DNA of 64,000 nucleotides, taken from IMG/VR virus record IMGVR_UViG_3300032053_000008. One strand, written 5' to 3'. The first letter of the stretch is position 1, and each line of letters begins with the position of its first letter. Position numbers and translations under genes: made by a program. The notes beneath the pieces were generated by a model. It searched no databases, was not told the origin of the DNA, and worked only from the letters and a program-made list of their open reading frames with translations. The stretch is from a virus. This document shows positions 18,501 to 27,436 of this stretch, piece by piece.

Positions 18501-21348
18501 TTCCTTCTACATCAGTAAAAGCCTCTTTGTTGCTTAAGGATTTGGCTACCAGTTTAGAGGCATCTAGTTCAGTTTTACCGGCACCAATAAGTTGACCTAT
18601 TGTTTGGGAAATTTCTTGGTCACTGGCTCCCTTAAAGACATCGTTATTGCGTAAAATATCGTCAAGATATTCTGTTCCGGTGTCTTGTTTGTGGAACTTC
18701 ATCAAAGAGTCTAAATACGGCTTTATGTGACCAAAAGGTTTATCGGATTTAAAAGATCTACGGAGTTCTGTTGCAAGCATGTCTTCGTTTTGATGAACAT
18801 GCTTGGCTGTTTGTTGGTCATTTAAAATGCCATACTTGTGCATTTGCTGTATAATCGGATGACCTTCTGGTGCTGTGTCTATAAGATCTGACAACAAGTT
18901 TTGATGTTCTGGTTTCGGATCATATCTATTAAAAACAGCTGAATAAGCATCATGCCGATTTTGACCAGAACTGTCCAAAAAGTCATGTAAAAACTGCTTT
19001 TTTTCTTGATCAGGCAAGTTACTTTCATGCAAATTTGGAATCAAATTTCTAGTATATGCGCTAAGCTGTTGAGTTCCTGGCATAAATTCGTCTTTGTCGG
19101 CACCAGCCTTTTGGCTAAGCGACTTTAAATGTTCCCGGTATTGCGGGTCTTCCAATACGCCTGGAATTTCAGTCATCTTACTAGCAAGACGAGATGCACT
19201 TTGGGTGTCACCGTTTTGGATTTCTTGGGCCATAACTGAGTTAATATGGTGCATCAGTTGAGGAGTTGGCTTGTTGTCCTGGATCATGCCAGACTGTTCA
19301 AGGTTTTTAATAAGGTAGTATTCGTTAAGGTTGTGACCTTCGGTGTTGCTCAAAACCTTGGTAATCTCTTGGTCGTTAAGTTTGTGTGGGTATTCATTTT
19401 CATGGTATTGGTCTATCCATGCGTCAGAATTTTGGCGAATTTTTTGGTGATGATCTTCGTTTAGGTAGTCAATATTGGCAATAGCAGACATGGGCAACCC
19501 ATATCTTGGGCCATGCTTAATTGTTGTGTCTATGGCGTCATGTATGAGATCGTCTCTTTTTTGGCCACGGTCCATGTTGTCCATATGACTAACAAATGAT
19601 CTATGAACGGTAGGACTAGCTAAGGTTTGTCTCATAAAACCTTCACCCTTTTGTGCGTCAACTTTTTTAGCTATTTCAGCCCTAACGCTTGGAGGAAGAT
19701 TATTGTTTTCCATCATTGTGTGTAACAGTCTAGGCAATACAGAATAGTCGTCTTTTTGCAACGCCGCGTCTGTTAGGTCGTTGGCTACTTTTGGTGAATA
19801 ATTACCAAATCTTATTACTTTATGGCTTAAATCATAGTCATGTTCACCAAATTTAGTAACAATATCAGACATATTGTCCTTGATGCCCTTGTCAACTACT
19901 TCTTGGACTCCTGGATAAGAGTTGATCATTTCTAAATCTGATAAGTTTCCGTCTTTTTTAATAGTTTCCAAGCTTTTGTGTAGCTTGTCACCAGATAAAA
20001 GGCCGCTTTTAATGGCGTGATTCAAAATGTTATATTTGTCATTTGAGGTGCCATGAGGCATAGACAGAGCTTTGTCTACTCCAGCTATAACAGTTTCTTT
20101 GTGGTCAGGATTTTCTGCTATTCTTTCACTTATATCATATAGATCAGGTTTGCCGGTTTTAATATGATCGGCTGCTACACTATCTGGCAAATGTTTGCTG
20201 TGAAAAGCTTGTAGGGCTATTTCTTGGTCATCTCCATCTAAAGCTTTTCTAAGATGATCTTGGTTGTCTGTAGTTCTAATTATCCTAGATCTAGTTTCTT
20301 TGTCGCCATGGTTAAAGGCGTGGTCAACAATATAAGAAGGTGATTCTTTATAATATTTTTTGAATGCATGCTTGTCCTGGATTTCTCTAGGTAACGTCTG
20401 GAAAAGCTGCTCTTTGTCTTGGTCAGATAGCTTAGGGTGTTCGGTGACGCTATTATAACCGTGCCGATAAAGCTCCGCCTCTTGGTCTTTTGTTAGATTT
20501 TCGTTTTCCTGGAAGTTTCTAATGGCTTTTTCGTCGCCGTTGCGTAAAAAACCCTTAAACATTTCGTCAGGTATTCTGGCGTGAGCCTGGGCTGCTGAAG
20601 AAATGTCTTGTCTGTCACTTTTAAGTGATTTGGCTACATAGTTTGCTGGCAAGTTTGGGTGCGCAATTAACGAATTGAATCCCCTTGTTTCACCTTTGTC
20701 AATAGCTTTGTCGGCTACGCTAGTTAAAATCTCTGGCGGCGAGTTTTGCTGTTCACCGAAAAATCTCATGGGGCTATAGTGGTGCTGTTCTACGAAATCT
20801 TTGTGATCTGCTAGCTCTTGGGCCGTGTGTTGAATTTTTGGTCCAAGGCTTTCATCTATTATGGTTGAGATGTGTTCAGGGTAAGAATATGCAGGTCCAG
20901 CTTCGCCAGCAGCTAACCTTTGGGTAAAGGTGCGTAGCTCTGGTAGTGGCATATGTAGGGTATCAATTTGTGTGTTATTGTCTTCAGATTCTTGGTTTTT
21001 TTTCATAAAAGCTATAAGCTTGTCATGATCCAAGCCAGGGGTATCCGCAACTCTTTTAACGGTTCTTGTTACAACATCTTTAGGTTCTATTGCACCGCTA
21101 TTATACTGATCCATAAAATGGTTAGAATGGTCAGCATCATGCAAGCCACTATTAAAAGCGTGAAAAAGTAAAGAAGGTTGAATTTCTTTATTTTCAGGCT
21201 TCCAGGCGGCAGTATATAGTTTTTGGGTGTGGCTTTTGTCCCAATTGTCGGAACCAGAAACGGCTATTAAATGTGAGCTATTTTTTGTTTGAATATATTT
21301 GTCAATAATGTCGTGAATCTTTTCGCTTTTTTCTGGTGTATCAGTCAT
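15559..21348 (-). CDS. Giant (1929-aa) helical-repeat protein, probable internal head/ejected protein
   Basis: Uninterrupted 5.8-kb ORF between protease and capsid genes; His/Asp-rich helical repeats; C-terminal GWARVD...LIEETQSD motif. Confidence 0.65.
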   Translation of the reverse strand: MTDTPEKSEKIHDIIDKYIQTKNSSHLIAVSGSDNWDKSHTQKLYTAAWKPENKEIQPSLLFHAFNSGLHDADHSNHFMDQYNSGAIEPKDVVTRTVKRVADTPGLDHDKLIAFMKKNQESEDNNTQIDTLHMPLPELRTFTQRLAAGEAGPAYSYPEHISTIIDESLGPKIQHTAQELADHKDFVEQHHYSPMRFFGEQQNSPPEILTSVADKAIDKGETRGFNSLIAHPNLPANYVAKSLKSDRQDISSAAQAHARIPDEMFKGFLRNGDEKAIRNFQENENLTKDQEAELYRHGYNSVTEHPKLSDQDKEQLFQTLPREIQDKHAFKKYYKESPSYIVDHAFNHGDKETRSRIIRTTDNQDHLRKALDGDDQEIALQAFHSKHLPDSVAADHIKTGKPDLYDISERIAENPDHKETVIAGVDKALSMPHGTSNDKYNILNHAIKSGLLSGDKLHKSLETIKKDGNLSDLEMINSYPGVQEVVDKGIKDNMSDIVTKFGEHDYDLSHKVIRFGNYSPKVANDLTDAALQKDDYSVLPRLLHTMMENNNLPPSVRAEIAKKVDAQKGEGFMRQTLASPTVHRSFVSHMDNMDRGQKRDDLIHDAIDTTIKHGPRYGLPMSAIANIDYLNEDHHQKIRQNSDAWIDQYHENEYPHKLNDQEITKVLSNTEGHNLNEYYLIKNLEQSGMIQDNKPTPQLMHHINSVMAQEIQNGDTQSASRLASKMTEIPGVLEDPQYREHLKSLSQKAGADKDEFMPGTQQLSAYTRNLIPNLHESNLPDQEKKQFLHDFLDSSGQNRHDAYSAVFNRYDPKPEHQNLLSDLIDTAPEGHPIIQQMHKYGILNDQQTAKHVHQNEDMLATELRRSFKSDKPFGHIKPYLDSLMKFHKQDTGTEYLDDILRNNDVFKGASDQEISQTIGQLIGAGKTELDASKLVAKSLSNKEAFTDVEGNYSEQKHHAVAMDAINQFIAKHPKKISLVANIVDKLPEASKGPVFSHMTDKALELGDYGTAAKMASHTPDGTASPEAQAKFVKDIPKILETKKKSNSVQLKSFLNVMSDDDQWSKALSMLHTSGKMNPEDTAEAIMNKPGEITGKSYSTSLDVTSRLLGSSEGTGLPNKSELESFAASKLLGSSQAANANEKQFGQLNDIFQEINNNSPIAKNINPSLAIKLIPHINNANQALSVIHSGYSKLSKDGFAQLVDKTIDILPADLMQWDDIHPLLKQNADKMGPEYSTKLASHLNSKLDAGSLTRLINSASDEKANQGTVMDHVVSQMVNDKDKRQRLLYDQSMDYLFQYLQKSGNGKQSQTNAQTSNDLLGHIADHIRNDGISDEIYENIFDRELELNDVKLTGPNTDKLLEATKNHYDPDFNIKFASNAEFSPSVHRKMASEPNGMFLLRHQKIHPDNMPIPDVISGIDMSASEANEMMSHVSDVVRKMDPSHISEAIDKWVQWAKTLRSKTVGHLYTGSLKGIAPHLTDKQIDQLPEAIDDIVQAGGGSPQFQAEHLSDLDPSTYKFVKDSPESEAFFHKNLYDIPDVNLKDLVISDKLSKQSIADLFDRSYDTHTLIQNPKLTKTEFDYLRTRLRNNPTYDHVFEVGKEWSPVFNVVPHGLNMFNDLTPRIPDTKNLNIKGQPTVSSVNASKTGHLFQELSSIIPPEGMDWGTFKRTAPKLANNKKIQDAFLASPKHTMTPELVNKAIVNNQDNYKVTYTKWDGAQRHSDQNNLVVQVNANEKLQKAIIEDKDLKNVYDYINESGRYSDHPNGPYTVGWARVDTSDPENWLIEETQSDFSAGLRKELDDIAKKGHKSIVINGKSYSIEEFGKYAKKIQDLTSGWLDAAHQAVNDTAKKAGVKGLYMHGHDVRAYMSGMNDPKPYPQWLQHMYIHYPPENGWTKTDYHKLKNFDSGTAKKVSKRPFGKNSLMMWKKPVT

Positions 21349-21943
21349 TTTTTGCCCCGTAAACCATGTCGTTAAGGAGTTTGCGCATTAGCTTTTGATT
21401 GTTCTGGTCCAGTTCGCTAAAGTAAGCTTTTTCGATATGTGGGTCATGTCCATGGGAATAGCTGCCAAGTTCGGTCTTAGACATTTTTTGACTAGCCAAA
21501 GAATAGTCATTAAACTGCTGCTGTCTGGCGTTTCCTACATGGTCTTCAACTGGTCTTGGTATACCCTGAAGCTCATTTGGCATGTCAAGGTTAGCTTTGG
21601 ATGCCACCTTAAGCTTGCCGGTAGCCAACAACTCATGGACGCGCTTGAACTCATCTTGACTAAGCATTCGATTATTAAGGGCAGCGGTTAGTCCATCGGA
21701 GGTAATTTCAATTGTGTCGCCATTAGTTAAACTATAGGTATGAGATTTTACATTAGGGTTGCTAATGATCTCTAAGCTGTCACTTTCGTCAATAGCGTTG
21801 ATGCCTGCCATTACACCTTTGGCAAACATCTTTTGGATCTTACCGCCAGTTTTGTCGTAAGTAAAAAGTAAAGTTTTACCATCAGTGCGAATTTCGGCCA
21901 AAGCTTCATTCGTATGAGGAGATTTGATTATCAGAGCCTGCAT
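21341..21943 (-). CDS. Hypothetical protein
   Basis: Overlaps both neighbours in the head operon. Confidence 0.6.
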   Translation of the reverse strand: MQALIIKSPHTNEALAEIRTDGKTLLFTYDKTGGKIQKMFAKGVMAGINAIDESDSLEIISNPNVKSHTYSLTNGDTIEITSDGLTAALNNRMLSQDEFKRVHELLATGKLKVASKANLDMPNELQGIPRPVEDHVGNARQQQFNDYSLASQKMSKTELGSYSHGHDPHIEKAYFSELDQNNQKLMRKLLNDMVYGAKND

Positions 21944-23573
21944 TGTTTAACTCTTCAAAAAGCTGGTTGAAAGTCCTGCCGTGAGACTTTTGTTTGATAT
22001 GGTCCAAATTTCTCTGAGCTTTAGCGGCGTTAGCTGGCGATGCGCCAGTATTATTAATAAGATACACGTAAAGCTGGGAAGGGTCAAGCTGGTCTAGCCA
22101 TTCTTGGGTCTGGGGTACTAGCATATCTTCCCCTAAACCGGAATTTTCCTGGTCGTCATAATAGTCTGAAGGATTTCCGTTAGAAAACTTGTACAAAGGC
22201 CCGTTATTGACGTGGGTAATTTGGCCACCATTTGCAGCCGTGTCTCCCCAGGTCCTAGATGGATGACCTAGACACAAATCAACTATAGCCATTTGTTGAA
22301 GTCGGCCAGTTTGCCTAGCTTGTTGCAAGGCATTTTGGTAGCCTTCGGTGCCCATTGGCTCATAGTCGTTACAAGAATTGATGCCCAAAACCGTGTTGTA
22401 TAGACTTGGGTGGTCACACCATGCCGTATTTGGAGTAATATCTGGTAACTTAAAGAAATTCTTAGCAATTTCATGGTACTTAGTGGCGTCTTTGAATTTG
22501 TCTGCCGCCTTTGGGTTGACCGACAGTTTGATCAACATTGTGCCATGAGTAGGGCTATTATACAAAAACTTGCTATTTTTGCTTTGCAGTCTTTTCAGTT
22601 TTCCAGGTACGTCCTTTTTCATGTCTATCATAGGTACAGCCTGCAGGGCTGCATGAGCCAGACTGTCCTGGCTAAATGATGCATTGCCATTAGACAAAGC
22701 CGACAAACTAGGTTCAGTTTTCTTTAGGTGGAGTTCTTGGGTGACGCCTTCAAAGTGATCCAAGTAGTCATCACTTACTTCAGGTAAAGCTGCTTTGAGG
22801 ATTGGTCGAAGAGGTGATTTTCCATCCCAACTGGCTACTATCTTAGCAAGTTTTTTGCGTCTTTCGGGTGACAACCCGGCAAGACTTTCTCTTTGCAAGG
22901 CTGAGCCTTGAGTCAAGGTAGATGGAGCTGCATTGTAGCTGCCAGCCGTAAGAGTTTTCTTAAGGGCCAACACCGCTTCTTTGATTGTTTCTAGTGGGGT
23001 AACGGTTTTAGCTATGTCTTCAAAGATAGCATCTTCGACTTCAATAGTTCTATAGGAAGGTTCGGTGTCCCATCCCATAGTTTTTTCTATGTCGTCGCCT
23101 TCGTAAATATCTGATATTGCTGACTTATTGCACGGACGAGCGGTTAGTGCAAGTCTTCTACCAACAGATCTCTTTAACTCATATCCTTGTCTTTCTAATG
23201 TGGAACCTTCAATAGAAAACCCAACAACCATTGGAGTTTTTCTTTTTTGGCAATATCTAAACATTGCCGCACAGGCAACCGCACCTGGATGTTTTTCATC
23301 ATCAAATAGTTCCGATATTACATACACAAAAGGAGTTTTGACCTTGTCCCAAAACATTTCCTGGCGCTTGTTATCACAGTCAGACTTTTTCATTATCTTT
23401 TTTGCAAAAATAATCTTGCCAACTATATCTTCTGGTGAGTCATTTTGGTGCTCCCAGTTCACCAAACCACGACCTTCAACTAAGTCAGAGATGTCATGCC
23501 CTTCAATATGGAGCATTTCTCCTGAAGAATCAATATGTTGCGATGCAGCAATTCCATCGATTTTTAATCCCAA
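21906..23573 (-). CDS. Prohead protease fused to a capsid N-arm copy and a degenerate kinase-like domain
   Basis: IDSSGE, VNWEH (His), GFSIEG (Ser), LALTARPCN; TTG start after GAGG. Confidence 0.85.
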   Translation of the reverse strand: MGLKIDGIAASQHIDSSGEMLHIEGHDISDLVEGRGLVNWEHQNDSPEDIVGKIIFAKKIMKKSDCDNKRQEMFWDKVKTPFVYVISELFDDEKHPGAVACAAMFRYCQKRKTPMVVGFSIEGSTLERQGYELKRSVGRRLALTARPCNKSAISDIYEGDDIEKTMGWDTEPSYRTIEVEDAIFEDIAKTVTPLETIKEAVLALKKTLTAGSYNAAPSTLTQGSALQRESLAGLSPERRKKLAKIVASWDGKSPLRPILKAALPEVSDDYLDHFEGVTQELHLKKTEPSLSALSNGNASFSQDSLAHAALQAVPMIDMKKDVPGKLKRLQSKNSKFLYNSPTHGTMLIKLSVNPKAADKFKDATKYHEIAKNFFKLPDITPNTAWCDHPSLYNTVLGINSCNDYEPMGTEGYQNALQQARQTGRLQQMAIVDLCLGHPSRTWGDTAANGGQITHVNNGPLYKFSNGNPSDYYDDQENSGLGEDMLVPQTQEWLDQLDPSQLYVYLINNTGASPANAAKAQRNLDHIKQKSHGRTFNQLFEELNNAGSDNQISSYE

Positions 23574-23575
23574 AA

Positions 23576-24331
23576 TTAACCTCTTTGTTCGGAGTATTCA
23601 TCATACCCAAAACCCTTGAAAGTTATAGTACCGCGAGCATTAAATCCATAGCCTGGCGGCAACATTGACAAAACGTGTCTACAGTGAGGGTGAGTGCAGC
23701 CAACAGTGGCTACCGGATTACGCCAGTCTTTGTTGTAGCCATCTTTAAGTTCCGACAGTTTATATACTTTTGGCACATAAAGGTCATCGGTGTGCCACAG
23801 CTTTTTGCAATTTACGCACAACTTAGCGTCTACTACACCAAGTTTCATTACGGTTGGGTCATCTTCCCCAATAGAAGCTCCAAGCTGTTCAATACCGGCT
23901 CTTTCGGCGTAAGCTTGGACGTTCTTTATTTCTGTGTTAAGGACGGTGCTGACATACTTAGAAGCTTTGTCCATACCGTCTCTGACTAAGCCTTCAACCT
24001 GGTCTAATTCTATGCCTTGTTCTGCAGCCATAGTCAGATTGTTGATGGTCTTCAGGCGCTCTGCGTCCAGGTAGTTGGCGGTGATTTTTGCCATGCTTTT
24101 GATGCGCTTTACGTCTACTTTGGCATCTGGACCGTACATCATGCCGATAGTATAGCGATAAATTCCTTCCATAGAATCAATCGGGTCTTGATCACGGATT
24201 ATTTCAAAATAGATCGCTGGGCCACGGAAAAACCTTCCTAACAGTCTCGCCTTGAGTCTGTTAAAAAGGTCGTTTACGTGGGCTTCGATTGCCTTTTTTT
24301 GATTATCCGTCAACATCATGGTCGTGGTCAC
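23576..24331 (-). CDS. Head morphogenesis protein (MuF/SPP1 gp7-like)
   Basis: D..LCVNC...THPHCRH motif; directly downstream of the portal. Confidence 0.75.
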   Translation of the reverse strand: MTTTMMLTDNQKKAIEAHVNDLFNRLKARLLGRFFRGPAIYFEIIRDQDPIDSMEGIYRYTIGMMYGPDAKVDVKRIKSMAKITANYLDAERLKTINNLTMAAEQGIELDQVEGLVRDGMDKASKYVSTVLNTEIKNVQAYAERAGIEQLGASIGEDDPTVMKLGVVDAKLCVNCKKLWHTDDLYVPKVYKLSELKDGYNKDWRNPVATVGCTHPHCRHVLSMLPPGYGFNARGTITFKGFGYDEYSEQRG

Positions 24332-26405
24332 AATCTTCGTGGTCTTCGTTTTTAGCTAAGGTGCCGTTTTGGATATCTGCTACAATCTTTCGTACAGCTT
24401 TTTCCGAATCTTTACGCCACGCTAGAAGATTTTTGTCCACAATTTGATTGTGTCTAGCTAGAAGCATTTTGCTGATAGCTGTATGGTTGGTTTCCACAGA
24501 CTTGTTAAGTTCAAAAAAGGTAGCGGCCAGTTCGCTTTTTTGAGCTGGTTGACCAGTATCCTGGTCACCAGAGGCTTCCTGACCACTATCCTGTCCATCT
24601 TGGCCAGGTTGCGGCTGTTGCTGAGGCTGTTGCATCTGCATAGCCATTTGTTGGTTTTGCATGGCCATTTGGGATTTCTGGATAGCTAATTGCATCTGTT
24701 GGAAATAGAAAGGATCTCTGATGTAGTCGTATCTTGGATCTTGGGCTGCCCCTTCAATGCCAAAAAATGCTTCCATCATAAAACCGACTGTAAGGTATGG
24801 AGCAACACTGGTTTGCCATTGCTGGTTCATGATAAATTGACCGCCAAGCTCTTTACCGAGAACTGGCTTTTCTACAGTCTTAAGGATATCATCCATGGTC
24901 ATATGGACGTTCATATCCTGGCTAAGACGAGTAGATTCTTTTTCTGGATCGTCTTGTTCCAAACCAGCTAAAATAAGCTGGAACTCTTTACTGAACTCTT
25001 CATCAAACTTAGGCAAAATGTGTGTGTTTAGTAAGTCCTGGATATCATACATCAAAGGACGTAAACCTACGTCACGAGCGGCGATAAGTTTGTATTCATT
25101 GCTGGTTTCTGACAAAGTCTGAGAGTTAGAGCCACGGCTAAGGTGGGCATAACCTGGCAATTCTTCTGGTGACATTTGGAATGCACCAAGAACTATTCGA
25201 GCCGTGTCGTCAGACAAAAACTGGAACTCTTTGTCTCTACCAGCAGAATCTGTGGTCTGGAAAATAATGTCGTCTTCGCTGCCGATACCAAAAACTGGCA
25301 TACGGTAACTGTTTTTGACCGAGTTAATACTGGCATGGAACTGGTTACGGATCTTTTGGATCGTGCCTTCGTCTATGTCATCAGACTTAAAGACCAACAT
25401 ACCCCTAGCAGCTCGACCGTTTTCAAAGAACAGTTTATTCTGGAGGGAAATGCTGATATGGGTAATAACGGCGTTAAGGGCCTGGTCGATAGGGGTTAAA
25501 GGGTAGCCGTTGTATTCAATATTGGTTGTTGGAAATATGTTGTACACAACCAATTCTTTTTCGGTGAACACTTGAACTGGGGTACCATTGATAACCTGGA
25601 CCCATTTGTATTCATCTTTTTCATATTTGGAAATATCGAACTTTTTGTCATCAAGTTTTTCCAACATACGCATAGCAGCAATACGCTGTTCTTGGTCATG
25701 GCTAGCGCTTGGGATAATACGGTAGATAGTACCAGCATCTACTGCCCTAAATGCCACGCAAACGTTTTCACCACGGTCGGTGTCATTAGCGTAAATAAAT
25801 TCGGTAGCTGACCGACCAAAAAGGAGGGCATCCCTGGTGGTCATCTTAAGGAACTGAGACAAGTTTGGATGCCAGTCTTCTATGACTCTGTTTGACCCAC
25901 AGTTCCACATCACTTCTTTGATTTTTTCGATGCGTTTTTGAATTTCTTTTTGCTGGTCTGGAGTTTCATGTGGTTCTGGATGCATTTGCTGGAATTCAAA
26001 GCCAACGCTAAAGCGGCTAGTTCTAGGACGACCAAAAGACGCCAGAGTATTAGATCTAGCTTGCAAAATTTGGTTAACCAGGTCATCACCTTGAGGACCA
26101 GCAATACGCTTAAGGATAGGATCTGGGGTTAGGTTGGTTTTTTGGCGGTAAGTAGATACAGTTCCAAGGTTGGCATCCCTTGGGTCAAGAGTAAAAGCTA
26201 GGCGAATGTCATGTTCCCTGGCTTTTTCACTCTTACGCAAAGAATCTAGAATCAACTTAAGGCTTCCACCTTTGTCGTCTTGAGGTTCTTTTTCGTCAGC
26301 TTCCATAGCTTTAGCTATTTTGTAGCTATTAGCATCCAAGGCAAACACCTGGGTTTGATCTTCCTTAGCTTTTTTAGATTTATTCAGGAAGTCCGAGCTA
26401 TCCAT
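24303..26405 (-). CDS. Portal protein
   Basis: FRAVDAGTI, GYPLTPI, FFENGRAARGML, FQMSPEEL, GLRPL; 700 aa; follows the terminase. Confidence 0.9.
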   Translation of the reverse strand: MDSSDFLNKSKKAKEDQTQVFALDANSYKIAKAMEADEKEPQDDKGGSLKLILDSLRKSEKAREHDIRLAFTLDPRDANLGTVSTYRQKTNLTPDPILKRIAGPQGDDLVNQILQARSNTLASFGRPRTSRFSVGFEFQQMHPEPHETPDQQKEIQKRIEKIKEVMWNCGSNRVIEDWHPNLSQFLKMTTRDALLFGRSATEFIYANDTDRGENVCVAFRAVDAGTIYRIIPSASHDQEQRIAAMRMLEKLDDKKFDISKYEKDEYKWVQVINGTPVQVFTEKELVVYNIFPTTNIEYNGYPLTPIDQALNAVITHISISLQNKLFFENGRAARGMLVFKSDDIDEGTIQKIRNQFHASINSVKNSYRMPVFGIGSEDDIIFQTTDSAGRDKEFQFLSDDTARIVLGAFQMSPEELPGYAHLSRGSNSQTLSETSNEYKLIAARDVGLRPLMYDIQDLLNTHILPKFDEEFSKEFQLILAGLEQDDPEKESTRLSQDMNVHMTMDDILKTVEKPVLGKELGGQFIMNQQWQTSVAPYLTVGFMMEAFFGIEGAAQDPRYDYIRDPFYFQQMQLAIQKSQMAMQNQQMAMQMQQPQQQPQPGQDGQDSGQEASGDQDTGQPAQKSELAATFFELNKSVETNHTAISKMLLARHNQIVDKNLLAWRKDSEKAVRKIVADIQNGTLAKNEDHEDCDHDHDVDG

Positions 26406-26408
26406 ATT

Positions 26409-27392
26409 TTACTCTGCTACAAAATATTTGATTGTCGCTACGCTAACTGACAAATTTACTATAACTAGTGAATAAACCAAGCCAACTTTTGACATAAAAC
26501 CAATTAAATCTGGTTTTCCTGATGCAATTGGGTCAACCGTGTTTCTGTTGCTGGTTTCGCCGTTTAACTTAACAGCAACCATCTGATTTGACTCCAGGTA
26601 AATGAAATTCTTAGCACCACTATAGATCATAATGGTATCTAAAACATAAGTCAACCCAGTTTCAGTAGGGATAGGAGCAGTAGATATATAGTATACAGTA
26701 TACGGTGTACTATCTACTATGTTATACGAACCAATAGAGGCGGCACTTAGTGTGCCATAAATAGCTATAGTATTGCCAGCCTGGACGCCGTCTTGTACGT
26801 AAAACTGAACCTGGCCACTAGGGATAGGTCCAACTATCGTTTCTGACACGCCATTACAAGGATTACCTTGTCCGCGATTAACTTGAACCGTTTTTGCTGT
26901 GTTATTTACCGCTAAAACGATCCAAATACCTGAATTGATTGCATTAAATGAAAACGGACCAGTTTCAAAGGTACCAGTACCGGCAATTCTCATCACATCG
27001 CCAACCTGAACAGCGCTAAGGTCGGCACCAGGGAATGTAAAAACGGCTATGGCATTGTTGTTCATTTGAACAGTAGCCGAGGATATTCCAGTGGCTACAT
27101 GGGCAGTTTTAAAGCTACCTGGTCCAGAAGTAATAGACAAAGCATAAGTAGATGTTTTTACTTGACTATTAGACAACACCGAAGATCCGGTTAACCCTGT
27201 GGAAATCAAAGAGTTAACTATGGAGTATTGTTGTCCTGGAGCTATGGTTATGGTGTTGTGGGCTGGATTTTCAATAGCTAAAGCCGATAAACGCCTGGTC
27301 CAGTCATAGTCCTTGTATTGAGGATTGTCTGTATTTCCAGAAGGATCTGAATAGGCTAAAAGCTGATTTGTAATGTTAAGTATTGAAGTCAT
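26409..27392 (-). CDS. Beta-rich virion structural protein
   Basis: Ser/Thr/Gly-rich; GGAG RBS; first gene after a TAATCTT motif. Confidence 0.6.
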   Translation of the reverse strand: MTSILNITNQLLAYSDPSGNTDNPQYKDYDWTRRLSALAIENPAHNTITIAPGQQYSIVNSLISTGLTGSSVLSNSQVKTSTYALSITSGPGSFKTAHVATGISSATVQMNNNAIAVFTFPGADLSAVQVGDVMRIAGTGTFETGPFSFNAINSGIWIVLAVNNTAKTVQVNRGQGNPCNGVSETIVGPIPSGQVQFYVQDGVQAGNTIAIYGTLSAASIGSYNIVDSTPYTVYYISTAPIPTETGLTYVLDTIMIYSGAKNFIYLESNQMVAVKLNGETSNRNTVDPIASGKPDLIGFMSKVGLVYSLVIVNLSVSVATIKYFVAE

Positions 27393-27419
27393 TGACTTTT
27401 TTCTCCATTAGGCTCATAA

Positions 27420-27426
27420 AAGATTA
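27420..27426 (-). promoter_or_regulatory. Putative late promoter motif TAATCTT (portal operon)
   Basis: In the short intergenic gap between the terminase and the head operon. Confidence 0.6.
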
Positions 27427-27436
27427 GGGGACGGAC

